A stretch of DNA of 64,000 nt, taken from positions 1 through 64,000 of IMG/VR virus record IMGVR_UViG_3300047160_020099; one strand, 5' to 3'. Shown here in pieces: positions 53,437 through 63,294 of the stretch. The notes under the pieces are model-generated. The model made no database searches and had not been told where the DNA came from. It saw only the letters and a list, made by a program, of their open reading frames with translations. The DNA is from a virus. Position numbers and translations under genes: made by a program. The stretch's first letter is position 1. Each line of letters begins with the position of its first letter.

Positions 53437-53910
53437 ATGGCGGTCACAGATGTCTTCGGAAGACTGCCCCTGGAGTTTGGTGGAGCCTTCGCTGCCGACG
53501 CGGCTATTGCAACTTTCGGCGGCGTGGCCGGTGGTGGTGTGGGACTTCTAACGCAACAAATACAACTCGGATATCAACAGTCTATTACTAGATTGTACGA
53601 AGTCGGCACCCGTGCCACCTTCTACGTCGCTGGCCGTTCCCAGGGCAACGCCAACGTATCCCGCGTGCTTGGTCCCCGACCAGTGAGCGCAGCCTTCTAC
53701 GCTGCCTACGGCAACATCTGTAACGCAGCCGCCAACACCTTGATCTTCCAGGTCATCAGTGGCTGTAACGTTGCCGGCGACACTGGTGCGGGCTTGACCT
53801 TCGCGGCCATCGGTGTTGTGATCGTATCCCTGGGTATGACGGTCACCGCCGAGAACATGATCATCAACGAAGCCCTGGCACTGATGTACGTCGCTCTTCT
53901 GGCCAGCTGA
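53437..53910 (+). CDS. Tail tube protein
   Basis: 157 aa after the sheath; QQIQLGYQQSITRLYEVG..GRSQG..VSRVLGP. Confidence 0.78.
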   Translation: MAVTDVFGRLPLEFGGAFAADAAIATFGGVAGGGVGLLTQQIQLGYQQSITRLYEVGTRATFYVAGRSQGNANVSRVLGPRPVSAAFYAAYGNICNAAANTLIFQVISGCNVAGDTGAGLTFAAIGVVIVSLGMTVTAENMIINEALALMYVALLAS

Positions 53911-53928
53911 CCCGCGTGACAGCCAGGC

Positions 53929-53968
53929 AAGCCCGTCAGAAAAGCGTCATGCTTTCCTGACGGGCTTT
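53929..53968 (+). terminator. Terminator after the tail tube
   Basis: AAGCCCGTCAG..AAAGC/GCTTT..CTGACGGGCTT stem. Confidence 0.75.
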
Positions 53969-53982
53969 AGTATTGGAATACT
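53969..53982. promoter_or_regulatory. Palindrome copy 9
   Basis: T-AGTATTGGAATACT-A between the terminator and the RBS. Confidence 0.8.
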
Positions 53983-53994
53983 ACGAGGTCAAGG

Positions 53995-56577
53995 ATGCCA
54001 GAGCGGGCTTACTCGCTGGAGCTTCGCGGGTCCCGGGATTTCCCGGGTCCTGTCGGCAACACCCGTCCCCACCAAGACCCGACCGTTTCCTCTGGCTTGC
54101 ACAGCATGGGGCTGCACGTCGAGCCCCGCCTCCTCTTCGGCCGGATCGTCGATTGCGTCGCGTACGGCCATCTCTACAAGGTCCAGCTGGAACGTAGCGG
54201 TCAGATCATCCTTTGCACGTCTTCCGGTCAAGGCACTTTCCAGCTTGTCGGCGCCCGCGTCATCAACACCTACAACTACGGGTGCGGCGTCATCGTCTTC
54301 TACCACCCGCAGTCGCCTCTCGGCTTCATCCTCTGTGCCCTGCCCGATTTCATGTTTGACGGCACCAGCGGCATGGCCGACTTCCTCGTGCAGGGTTCCA
54401 ACGTCGGCCTTCGCACTGACGGCGTTCACAAATTCCCGTTCTTCATGGCTGGTGCCGGCGGCCTGGAAGACCGTTCTGGTGGCCGACCGTTCGACAGCTT
54501 GCCTGTCGGCGAATGGGGCGCTATCACCGAGACCGGGCTAGCTTTCTTCCTCGATCCATTTCTGGCTTATATGCGAGTGGACGAGGAGACAGGACTCTTC
54601 CTCTTCTATCACGACCAGCTGGCCCGTCTTGCCGGCCACAACTTGCAAATCTGGTCAGCCGGCCGACAGCGCGAAGAGCTTGACGATCAGAACGAGTTCA
54701 TCGGTGAGGAAGGCTGGACACACCAGCTCTTCGAGGCCCGCGGCACCTTCGGGCCGTTGACTGGTACTGCCGTTTCCCGCTCCTACGGTTCTTCCGACAC
54801 CCAAGTCGCGTCACCCTGGTATTCGGCACTGGAGCCGGCCTATGACGACCAGGTGCCTTTCCACCGGCGCCGCAGCTACAGAGGCTATCTCGGGCAAGGC
54901 GGCACAGAAGTGCTGGCACTGCCGCCCGTTGGTGCCTACAACGACTCGTTCAACCGGCTCTCTGAACCACCGACCATACCCGGGGCCTTCGAAGAGGGTG
55001 TGGGCGTAGACGGCACCTACGCACTGCGCTCGGCCAAGTCCGTCATCATTTCGAAGTGTCCGAACATCCCGGTGCCAGCCAGGAAAGCTGCTCCAGACGA
55101 CCCGGAAGGCGACACGCCAACCGACTACAAGTTTGCTGGCATTTACGGCTCCGGCCCTTCACATTCGGTCCATGACATTTCCGGTCCGTCGTCCGGTACC
55201 CCCAGCCAGGTACGAGCCGCTGCCGTTGCCGACTACTACGACTTCGTCTTCAACTGGAAGGCCTGGCGACACGCCTTCCACTACCACACGCTCGACTGGT
55301 ATCTGCCGGACGAGTCCGGCATGCCAATGGAAAGCAACATGGCTTCCGGCGTGCCGAGTTACGGCTCCCTGGCAACCCAGCAGTACCTGCCCACGCCAAC
55401 GTCGTTCACGCTCAAGGTTGACGAGCGCTACGGCAACATCATCTACTTCCCGAACAACGCCTTCATCGCTCTCCTCGAAGACGGCGGCATCATGTTCGTG
55501 GACGGCTGGGGCAGTGAGTTCCTCATGTCAGCCGGCTCCATACGTCAATCCTGTGCCGGCGACCATTGGGTTGTGGCAGGCCGCAACGCCAACGTGCTGG
55601 CCGGCTATGACGTCATCCAGCGAGCTAACAACGAAGTCAACCTGACCGCCAATCTGGGCAACGTGCGTGTCGAAGCCTACCAGAGCGTCATGGCGCTTGC
55701 AGGCAACGGCGGCTGTGGTGGCTTCCTGTTTGAGAGCAGGGCCATACAGGCCGGTTATGCGTACGACGCACACAACCCTGTGTGTTCCGGCTTTCTTGTC
55801 CGCTGCAAGGAGAGCCCTGTTGTGCTGCTCGGCGCCGACATGCTGATCTCCACACGTTACCCGTCGCAGGGCGGTCACATCGTGCTCGACGCCGGCACTG
55901 CCAAGACCATGCTGCACGGCAGCGACATCGAATTGCAGGCCACATACTCGGTGCTACTGGCGGCTGACGGCACGGCGTTTGAATTCTGGAGTGACGAGGC
56001 GAATTTTGGTGCCGACGTCGGTATCGATGGCAAGCTGGTCGCAACCGACTGCGGCATGTTTGGTACCAGTGTCTCGTCGCCTACCGTAGCCGGCAGCCTG
56101 GCCACTTACACGTCCGGCGTGGCTTCTACTGTTACTACCGCCAAGACAGCAGTCGCTGACCGGGCAACTGTAGCCAACGCTTACGCAGTGGCAGCACTTG
56201 CCGACATACAGGAACTGTATACTGCCGCACCGGCTATTGTTTCGGTACAATTTGAGCACCGTGACCAGGCTGACTATTTGACAACCGGCATGAGTTTCTA
56301 CGAGCCACGCTGGCACCAGATAGCCCGGCTGAGTGGGCAGACACTGGCGTACTGGACCGAGACTCCTTGCACAGACGACGCGGCCAATGTGACCTATCCG
56401 TACCCTGGCAAGACTGTCTGGCTAGGTTCGCATTACGCCAAGGAGAACCTGGCTCTGCACAACCAGGTCACCAACCTGGCAGCCGACCGCGGTTCGACTT
56501 ATGAGACCGCTGCATATGACTCGCCCAGCTTTGTGGTAATGGACGGTAACTTCCCAGTGATCGTTAACCCCTCATAA
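53995..56577 (+). CDS. Putative baseplate spike (gp5/VgrG-like)
   Basis: N-terminal OB-like GRIVD..YKVQ; beta-helix-like tract (IALLEDGGIMFVDGWGSEFLMSAGSI); position. Confidence 0.55.
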   Translation: MPERAYSLELRGSRDFPGPVGNTRPHQDPTVSSGLHSMGLHVEPRLLFGRIVDCVAYGHLYKVQLERSGQIILCTSSGQGTFQLVGARVINTYNYGCGVIVFYHPQSPLGFILCALPDFMFDGTSGMADFLVQGSNVGLRTDGVHKFPFFMAGAGGLEDRSGGRPFDSLPVGEWGAITETGLAFFLDPFLAYMRVDEETGLFLFYHDQLARLAGHNLQIWSAGRQREELDDQNEFIGEEGWTHQLFEARGTFGPLTGTAVSRSYGSSDTQVASPWYSALEPAYDDQVPFHRRRSYRGYLGQGGTEVLALPPVGAYNDSFNRLSEPPTIPGAFEEGVGVDGTYALRSAKSVIISKCPNIPVPARKAAPDDPEGDTPTDYKFAGIYGSGPSHSVHDISGPSSGTPSQVRAAAVADYYDFVFNWKAWRHAFHYHTLDWYLPDESGMPMESNMASGVPSYGSLATQQYLPTPTSFTLKVDERYGNIIYFPNNAFIALLEDGGIMFVDGWGSEFLMSAGSIRQSCAGDHWVVAGRNANVLAGYDVIQRANNEVNLTANLGNVRVEAYQSVMALAGNGGCGGFLFESRAIQAGYAYDAHNPVCSGFLVRCKESPVVLLGADMLISTRYPSQGGHIVLDAGTAKTMLHGSDIELQATYSVLLAADGTAFEFWSDEANFGADVGIDGKLVATDCGMFGTSVSSPTVAGSLATYTSGVASTVTTAKTAVADRATVANAYAVAALADIQELYTAAPAIVSVQFEHRDQADYLTTGMSFYEPRWHQIARLSGQTLAYWTETPCTDDAANVTYPYPGKTVWLGSHYAKENLALHNQVTNLAADRGSTYETAAYDSPSFVVMDGNFPVIVNPS

Positions 56578-56587
56578 CGGAGGACAA

Positions 56588-57682
56588 ATGAACGATTTCA
56601 ATCTCATCGGCGACCGCAGGCCACAGCCTCCTGTCAGGCCGAAGCAAGTCAACACCCTGTCCGGTAGGCTACCTCTGCCTGCTGGCGTCGTACTCCACGA
56701 GAGTGAGACACAGGACCTCAGACCCTTTGGCTGGGAACAGGGCGATCCCATCCCACCGGATTTTGCCCAGGCACTGTCGCAAGCCCGTGCTGAGGCGCTC
56801 GATGACGTGCAAAGCGGCAAGCTGCACGATGTCGGGGACATCCCGCCCCTGAGAACGCCAGAGGAAGTACCGCTTCACCTGCTCGCTCCGGAACGTCGTA
56901 AAGAGCTGGAGGAGATGGTCACGACCTACAGGCGACTCGCGCCGCAGATAGCTGCTGCCGCAGCCGAACAGCAGTCACCTCAGCAGCAGATGACGGGTAT
57001 TGACCCGAGCGTGCGTCGGGCCATTCACGCTGCCATGGCCAGGGACGGCATCCAGTTCCCAGCCGCTGAACCTGCAGCGCCGGCACCGGAAGCGGCACCG
57101 GAGGTTGCCAAGCCCTCCTCGCCGGCTGCTCCCTCTCTGCCACAACGTTGCCCAAGCTGTCTGTATGACCTGGTGAACGGGACCGTCGTCGAGCCGACCG
57201 AAGACGACAAGGTCAACTTCGTCGGGGCCATTCTTGGGCAGCAACGCTTCGTCAAGCAGTACACCTTCCTCGGTGGCCGGCTCCGTGTGGTGTTCCGGTC
57301 GGCCACGAGCAGTGACAGCAGTGCCGTGGCCGAGCAGCTTAGCCGCGATCAGCGTGATGGCCTCGTTCTCAACCTGGACGACATGTTCCGCCGCGGCTTC
57401 GACTATCGCACGATGCTGGCGCTGGACGTGGTCGAAACCGGAAACCAGGTCCTGCAAGTCGGTAAGGCTGTGGATGAGTTCCTGGCGAAGCCGCCTGGTG
57501 AATTCCTGGAGAGTAAGGCCGTGCTTCCGGCCATCCTGGAACGCCTGTTGGCCCGGCAGCCTTTCCAGAACGAGGCCGTGTGGGGCATGCTGCTCAATGC
57601 GTCCCGCCGCTTCAACGATCTGGTAAAGCTGCTGCAGGACAGAGCCGACAAGCCGGATTTTTGGAAGACGGTCGGGGGCTAA
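56588..57682 (+). CDS. Tail assembly chaperone (short form)
   Basis: GGAGG RBS; ends PDFWKTVGG over a slippery site; upstream of the tape measure. Confidence 0.6.
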   Translation: MNDFNLIGDRRPQPPVRPKQVNTLSGRLPLPAGVVLHESETQDLRPFGWEQGDPIPPDFAQALSQARAEALDDVQSGKLHDVGDIPPLRTPEEVPLHLLAPERRKELEEMVTTYRRLAPQIAAAAAEQQSPQQQMTGIDPSVRRAIHAAMARDGIQFPAAEPAAPAPEAAPEVAKPSSPAAPSLPQRCPSCLYDLVNGTVVEPTEDDKVNFVGAILGQQRFVKQYTFLGGRLRVVFRSATSSDSSAVAEQLSRDQRDGLVLNLDDMFRRGFDYRTMLALDVVETGNQVLQVGKAVDEFLAKPPGEFLESKAVLPAILERLLARQPFQNEAVWGMLLNASRRFNDLVKLLQDRADKPDFWKTVGG

Positions 57683-58119
57683 TACTGCTCCGCGAGGCTC
57701 ACGTTCGGAAGTTGATCGACTTCCGCGAAGCCAAGTTCCTCGACCGTAACTGGTGGCTCTCTGCCGGCTGGGTTCTGGAGTGGCTGGAGAAGGAGCTCTA
57801 CGGCGAGGTGTATGGGCTGAAGTATGCCCTGCACCTTGCCCTGCTGGAGTACGCTCTCGAACAACGGACGTTCGACCTGCACTGGGAACAGGCACAGGAT
57901 TTCCAGGCGAGGATCATACGCCACAAGCTGCCTTGGCTGAAAATAGAGCATGGGCCTTCGCAGCAGGAGGTCAAGAGCATGGCGGCCAAGTGGGCTGAGA
58001 TTTTCGGCGACCCGAATGACCCGGAGGTTGCACAGAAGATTGAGGCCACGGCTGCCGCGCTGCGTTCTGGTGCTGCCGTTGGATTGGATCCGACAAGATT
58101 GGCTGGCAGGGTGAACTGA
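57655..58119 (+). CDS. Tail assembly chaperone -1 frameshift extension
   Basis: G GAT TTT T at 57655; -1 frame is open (FLEDGRGLILL...) and has no good start of its own. Confidence 0.6.
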   Translation, partial: GFLEDGRGLILLREAHVRKLIDFREAKFLDRNWWLSAGWVLEWLEKELYGEVYGLKYALHLALLEYALEQRTFDLHWEQAQDFQARIIRHKLPWLKIEHGPSQQEVKSMAAKWAEIFGDPNDPEVAQKIEATAAALRSGAAVGLDPTRLAGRVN

Positions 58120-58121
58120 GT

Positions 58122-60287
58122 ATGCTGCCCTTTGACCCATCACGTCCGCGAGCAGACCCGCAGTTCAACGTCGGCGGGGCTATGGGGCTGCTGTCTCAGC
58201 TGTTCCAGGGGCCCGCCAACCAGATGATGGGCAGCCAGGGCTTTGTCCCTGGACAGTTCTCTCCCACCCAGAGCTTCTACTCGCGACTGGAAGGCCAGCA
58301 GTACAACCGCGAGATGATGGCGGCCATGAAGACAGCCGCCGAGTCCGACAAGCCTACCTACTCGGCCCTGGCACAGGGCGCCTGGAACCTTAGCCACAAA
58401 GATCAACCTTGGGGGCCACAGCAGCAACAGAGCGCAGCCGCTTTTGCCAACCAGATGGCAGCAGCTGGCCCGATGATGGCCCAGCTCTTCCCTGCCACTT
58501 TTGATTCCCTGCACGGACAGCGTGGTTCCGCGCAGGTCATGGCGATGAACGTCTTCGATGCTTCTCGCTTCTTGCAGACGCCGGGTGGAGCGCCAATGAG
58601 CGGTGCTGCCGCCGGCAACCTGACTCGCGGCTTGCACGAGCAACTTTTCGGCAAGGGAGCCAACCTTTCTGAGATGCACGGTCTGGGTGGCGGCCAGGCT
58701 GGCATGATGTTCGGCGAGATGGTCCGCCGTGGACAGATCGGGCAAGTCTCAGGAGATAACCGCACTGACACGTCACGCATTGCCGGACAGATGAAGGAGA
58801 TGTCTGGCGCCGTCAAGGCCATGCAGGAAATCTTCGGTGACGCCGGCCATCCCGATGCGCCGATGAAGGCGATCTTCGACGCGCTGGAAAAGGTCACGCA
58901 AGGTGGTCTCACCAGCATGAGCCCGGCCAATGTGCAGGGTATCGTCAGGCAGATGCATACCCTGGCCCACAACACCGGGCAGAGCTTCGAAGCTATTGCG
59001 GGCATGGTGAGTACCGGCGGGCAAATGGCCCAGGCCGTCGGGCTCAACCGGCAGTTTGGCGTCGTTTCGGCGATGGGTGCCGCTGGATTCAGTCAGGCTT
59101 TTGCGAATATGGCCGGACCACAAGGCTTTGGTGGACTCTCCCGTGACGAGGCCACACAACTGGACATGCGACTGCGTACGTCTGCTGCAGCAAGCGCCCG
59201 CGGCAACGACCTTGGTGCCATCGCCAATCTGGCCGAGCAGGGTCTTATCAGTGGCATCGGGTTCGACCCCAAAAGCGGTAGCATGACCGATGCCGGTAAG
59301 GCTGAGTTGCAAGGCATCATGCGGCAGGCAGCCAACCTGTCTCCGGACCAGCTTGGTGCGTTTCTAAAGAGTCGTGGTGTTAGCGAGCGTACTTTCTCCG
59401 CCTTCCGCAATGCGCGAGAAGCCAACCAGGGAGCGGGCTTGCGACACGGTGCTGGTGAGATCGCGAGAGAGAACCAGTGGAAAGACGTTGCCCCGATGAT
59501 GGAAAACGCCTTGGCGGCAGGGGCCATGAACGCTGGGGCCGGAGCACAAAGCGACCGCATCGGTCGTGTCATGCGAGGCATGCTTGAAGCTGGTGTCTTG
59601 TCGCCCGAAATGCTAAGCGATCCGACGAAGATTCGTGCGCGTAACAAGGCTATGCGGGATGCCTTGGCTGGGCAAGGTATCAACGTGAGCGACGAGGTCA
59701 TAGCCAATTCACTGAATGAACTGGACCAGACGGTCAGATCTGACCCAACGCTGAGTGCCTTCGGCAATATCAGTGGCGTGCTGGCCATGACCCGCCCAGG
59801 GATCCTGGCCCAGGGCAAGAAGAACGTGCAGGCAGCTGACGCTGCTGCCAAACTGGCGGGTGTTACCTCGGGCCTCGGGCAGCAAGACGTCGTTCAGAGA
59901 ATCTCTGATGCCATACAGAAGGCGAAACCAGGAGATGACGCGCTCAAGGTTGCCGCCGCAGCGCTCGGTGGCATTGACATGGAGCAGATCAAACAGGCTC
60001 TCGGTCCCGACGCCGAGAAGATCATCAAGGATATTGCGGGGGCAGCTACTGGAGATGGTGGGGGTGCGGCAGCTGCTAGTGTTGCTGGTGCAGTTGCTGG
60101 TGATAAGAAATTACCCGCTGGTATGGGTGGTGTTCTCGGTGCTCTTGCAGGTGTAGGTGGCGGTGGTGGCGGTGGTGGCGGTGGTGGCGGTGGCACCATG
60201 ACGATTACCGGTAACTTGAACTTGACTACCGGTGCGATCAAGGCCGAGGGACATACTGGCGACGCACCGTCTCCGGACACGAAGTAA
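58122..60287 (+). CDS. Tape measure protein
   Basis: 721 aa, Ala/Gly/Gln/Met-rich and helical; follows the chaperones. Confidence 0.7.
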   Translation: MLPFDPSRPRADPQFNVGGAMGLLSQLFQGPANQMMGSQGFVPGQFSPTQSFYSRLEGQQYNREMMAAMKTAAESDKPTYSALAQGAWNLSHKDQPWGPQQQQSAAAFANQMAAAGPMMAQLFPATFDSLHGQRGSAQVMAMNVFDASRFLQTPGGAPMSGAAAGNLTRGLHEQLFGKGANLSEMHGLGGGQAGMMFGEMVRRGQIGQVSGDNRTDTSRIAGQMKEMSGAVKAMQEIFGDAGHPDAPMKAIFDALEKVTQGGLTSMSPANVQGIVRQMHTLAHNTGQSFEAIAGMVSTGGQMAQAVGLNRQFGVVSAMGAAGFSQAFANMAGPQGFGGLSRDEATQLDMRLRTSAAASARGNDLGAIANLAEQGLISGIGFDPKSGSMTDAGKAELQGIMRQAANLSPDQLGAFLKSRGVSERTFSAFRNAREANQGAGLRHGAGEIARENQWKDVAPMMENALAAGAMNAGAGAQSDRIGRVMRGMLEAGVLSPEMLSDPTKIRARNKAMRDALAGQGINVSDEVIANSLNELDQTVRSDPTLSAFGNISGVLAMTRPGILAQGKKNVQAADAAAKLAGVTSGLGQQDVVQRISDAIQKAKPGDDALKVAAAALGGIDMEQIKQALGPDAEKIIKDIAGAATGDGGGAAAASVAGAVAGDKKLPAGMGGVLGALAGVGGGGGGGGGGGGGTMTITGNLNLTTGAIKAEGHTGDAPSPDTK

Positions 60288-60289
60288 CG

Positions 60290-60763
60290 ATGGACGTATT
60301 TCTTACACATCCTGGCATTGCCATAGCTGTTGACTCGCCAGGCATACCCATGAACCTCTTCGTGGGTAACTGGAAGGGCTACACCGGCTACAAGTCCATC
60401 CTCACCAGCTTTGCCGTACACATGAAGGGTGGCGTTCGCTACATGCACACCCTCCGTGACATGATATATGTCTACACGTTCGGCGAGCGCATGGCACCGA
60501 TCACCATAAGCGGCGTTTCCTTCGCCGCAGTCTGCGAAAATCTGAAAGACCGTGTTGCCACAACCAGCCATGGTCTGGAATACGCCATGTCGTACTACTG
60601 GACTCAGCGAGTGACGGCGACAGGGCTGCCAATAAGACTCGTACTCGGTCTGGCAGCCATATTCCAGGGCTTCCTTGATGAGGGAACTTTCCAACTGGCT
60701 GATCCGAACAGTTACGTTGGGCAGTTCTCATTCAACTTCAATGCTATTCAGATGGGTCGCTGA
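60290..60763 (+). CDS. Baseplate/tube-initiator-like protein
   Basis: YMHTLRDMIYVYTFGERMAPITISG; follows the tape measure. Confidence 0.55.
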   Translation: MDVFLTHPGIAIAVDSPGIPMNLFVGNWKGYTGYKSILTSFAVHMKGGVRYMHTLRDMIYVYTFGERMAPITISGVSFAAVCENLKDRVATTSHGLEYAMSYYWTQRVTATGLPIRLVLGLAAIFQGFLDEGTFQLADPNSYVGQFSFNFNAIQMGR

Positions 60764-60765
60764 TT

Positions 60766-61560
60766 ATGGTTAATCACCTGCGAACCTGTTTGCTGAACGT
60801 CAACGGTAGCTTGTCGCCATCGCCTGCATATCCCGGCGAGGAGTACGTGCCACCTACCTACGTGGCGAAGTTTTTGCCTGGCGAGCTAGCACAGGGCTAC
60901 GAGCTGCTCTTCGGCCTGCAGCCAGATCGAGCCTTGATGAACTATAACCTTCGGGCCTTGCTCGACATGCTTCACGCGTCTGAGCTGGAGTCGCACGTAC
61001 TGGCGTTGGACCCGCGTATCACGTACATGCCGCCCAAGACAGACCTATTCGATCTGGTAGCCAGCGGTGCCGTGATAACGCAACTGGCCGGTACGCAGAC
61101 GCTCACGTTTGCTGGCGGCAACGCTGTCAGTCAGGTCGGCAATAACATCAGCTTCCGCTGGCAAGTGGCTGTACTGGATAGCTCGCACGTCCAGGTGACC
61201 CAGTATTCGAATACTTTCACGTCCGCAGTGACGACCATCCTTCCTTACACAGTCAGCAACGGTCTTTCTTGCCCGATCGCCTTGCCTGGCTCCAGCTTGT
61301 CTGTCCACTTCACAGCAGGAACAGGTAGCTCATGGCAGATTGACGCAATGGCCAGACCGGCACTCGACATACCAGCACTTTCGTACGGGTTGTCAACCAG
61401 TCTGACCGCCGACATGGCTGACGCTATCTTCGGCCCAGTTGGCTCGCCGGAGCCCTACAAGACCTTCCGCAACTTGTGGGAGATGCACGACCAGCTACCC
61501 TACCGGTTGGGTGGCTTGGTGTTAGCTCTCGGTTACCAGATAGACAGCTTGAAGAAATGA
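60766..61560 (+). CDS. Hypothetical baseplate-region protein
   Basis: 264 aa; palindrome copy 10 at 61202-61215. Confidence 0.6.
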   Translation: MVNHLRTCLLNVNGSLSPSPAYPGEEYVPPTYVAKFLPGELAQGYELLFGLQPDRALMNYNLRALLDMLHASELESHVLALDPRITYMPPKTDLFDLVASGAVITQLAGTQTLTFAGGNAVSQVGNNISFRWQVAVLDSSHVQVTQYSNTFTSAVTTILPYTVSNGLSCPIALPGSSLSVHFTAGTGSSWQIDAMARPALDIPALSYGLSTSLTADMADAIFGPVGSPEPYKTFRNLWEMHDQLPYRLGGLVLALGYQIDSLKK

Positions 61561-61563
61561 GCT

Positions 61564-63288
61564 ATGGCTGTACCAAACTGGTCTCTGTCAGACATCAAAT
61601 TGTTCGGCCTTGTGTGGCTTACCATCCAGGGCAAGCTCACTCCCTACATTCTGGACATTGTTAATGCGAGCGTCAGCTGGGGCCTGAACACCATACCGCG
61701 GGCTCGTATCACCGTTGCAGCCGGCCGAGAACTCAAGAGTCTGCAGCCATCAAACATCCACAACCTTGTTGACTACCTGAAGATGCAGCTGCCATTCCAG
61801 CTGTACATGGTAGCCCAGGAGAAAGGCAACTCCTACGGCATTCCTGTGGAACAGTGGCCGGCCAACCAGCAGCCCTTTCTCATCTTCGACGGCTACACGG
61901 CCAACGCTGGCTTCGCAAAGTCAATGTCTGGCGACGTCAACTACACACTCACCCTGACACACTGGCTGACGAACATGAACTTCTCGTCCTGTCTGAGCAG
62001 GACGACGAACACATTCAACCCAGCCCAGTTCGCGAAATCGGCAGCCATACGCGGCGGCTTTGGGGTTACCAACAGCTTCGTGGCCAGTACGCTCGGCAAT
62101 ACCTTTTTCACCACCGCGAACATACGACAGGACTTCTGGGGCTCTGCTTTGCTGCCCTGGCTGCAGAGGGTCTGCACCCAGGACATTCTGACTGATTCCA
62201 AGGACCCATTACTCCAGAACCCGGCTGGCAAACTCAACTACGAAGCCACACGAGCTCTACAACTCTTTGAACCGATCGTCAGGAACGGTGTGCCCACCTA
62301 CATCTACGGCGTACCGTTGTCCCTGGATGTCAACGCCCCATTAGCTGGCAGCATCATTACCGCGATCTCGGCAAACATCTCGAAGACGACCGGCGAAGCC
62401 ATGGCTTCGACAACCTTGTGGGACAAGCTTGTGGGCAACATGGGCTTTGCCGGCAGCTACTTGTTCTCGGTGGTACCGCTCGTGCGTTCGGCACTTGTCG
62501 TACCATTCCAGCCGGGGCTGCGAGCCGTCTGGCAGACCATCTACGCCCAGGAATACGATTCCATTGGTCTGGAAGGTGATACACCACGGGCCTTGCGTGG
62601 CGTCCGCATCTTTGGCGGCTTCGGTGATTCATACGGGCTGGGAGGTGCGCGTGTCGGCACGGCTGCGGATCAGACTTCCATCGGCGGTGCTTACACGAAC
62701 CCGAACATGACAGACGGTATGATCCGCTATTTCAATGCCGTCAGCTGGATGAGCAGTATCGTCAGCCCAAATGTTTACGGCACACAGGCGATGCAGCCAG
62801 CCGGCGTGATCGGCAATGCACTATTCCCTGGAAACGGGCAGCCACTGGTGGGACCTCGACCCGGGCTGGTGCGGCAGCAGGTGCAACCGTTACTAAACCA
62901 GTTCGCCCAGGCAGTGTATGTGAACGAGGTGTTGCAGGACCGCTCAGGAGTCATCAAGAGCAAGCTGCGGTTCGACATTGGGCCCGGCTCCTCGGTACAG
63001 ATCATGATCAACGAGGAGCCGTTCGTGGATCGGGCACTGGGATTGGGCGGCAGAAACTCTCTCTTCGGCTCTGTCCGCTCACTGACGCATTATTTCGACG
63101 CCGAGTCAGCAGATGCGTATACGGTCTTTGACATTGGCTGGCTCCGCAGCCCGCTGGAAAATACGCAAGACGGTACGTCGGTGATCGGGCATCCTTTGTG
63201 GCAGAATCAGTGGGTGGGCTCCCCGAACGTGGAGGGCTTCCTACCCAATCAACAACTGCCATTGCAGCTCGGCTGGACAGCAGGATGA
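61564..63288 (+). CDS. Putative baseplate hub protein
   Basis: ASVSWGLNTIPRARITV, IFDGY and RSGVIKSKLRFDIGPGSSV; gp27/GpD-like layout. Confidence 0.55.
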   Translation: MAVPNWSLSDIKLFGLVWLTIQGKLTPYILDIVNASVSWGLNTIPRARITVAAGRELKSLQPSNIHNLVDYLKMQLPFQLYMVAQEKGNSYGIPVEQWPANQQPFLIFDGYTANAGFAKSMSGDVNYTLTLTHWLTNMNFSSCLSRTTNTFNPAQFAKSAAIRGGFGVTNSFVASTLGNTFFTTANIRQDFWGSALLPWLQRVCTQDILTDSKDPLLQNPAGKLNYEATRALQLFEPIVRNGVPTYIYGVPLSLDVNAPLAGSIITAISANISKTTGEAMASTTLWDKLVGNMGFAGSYLFSVVPLVRSALVVPFQPGLRAVWQTIYAQEYDSIGLEGDTPRALRGVRIFGGFGDSYGLGGARVGTAADQTSIGGAYTNPNMTDGMIRYFNAVSWMSSIVSPNVYGTQAMQPAGVIGNALFPGNGQPLVGPRPGLVRQQVQPLLNQFAQAVYVNEVLQDRSGVIKSKLRFDIGPGSSVQIMINEEPFVDRALGLGGRNSLFGSVRSLTHYFDAESADAYTVFDIGWLRSPLENTQDGTSVIGHPLWQNQWVGSPNVEGFLPNQQLPLQLGWTAG

Positions 63289-63294
63289 CAAGAC

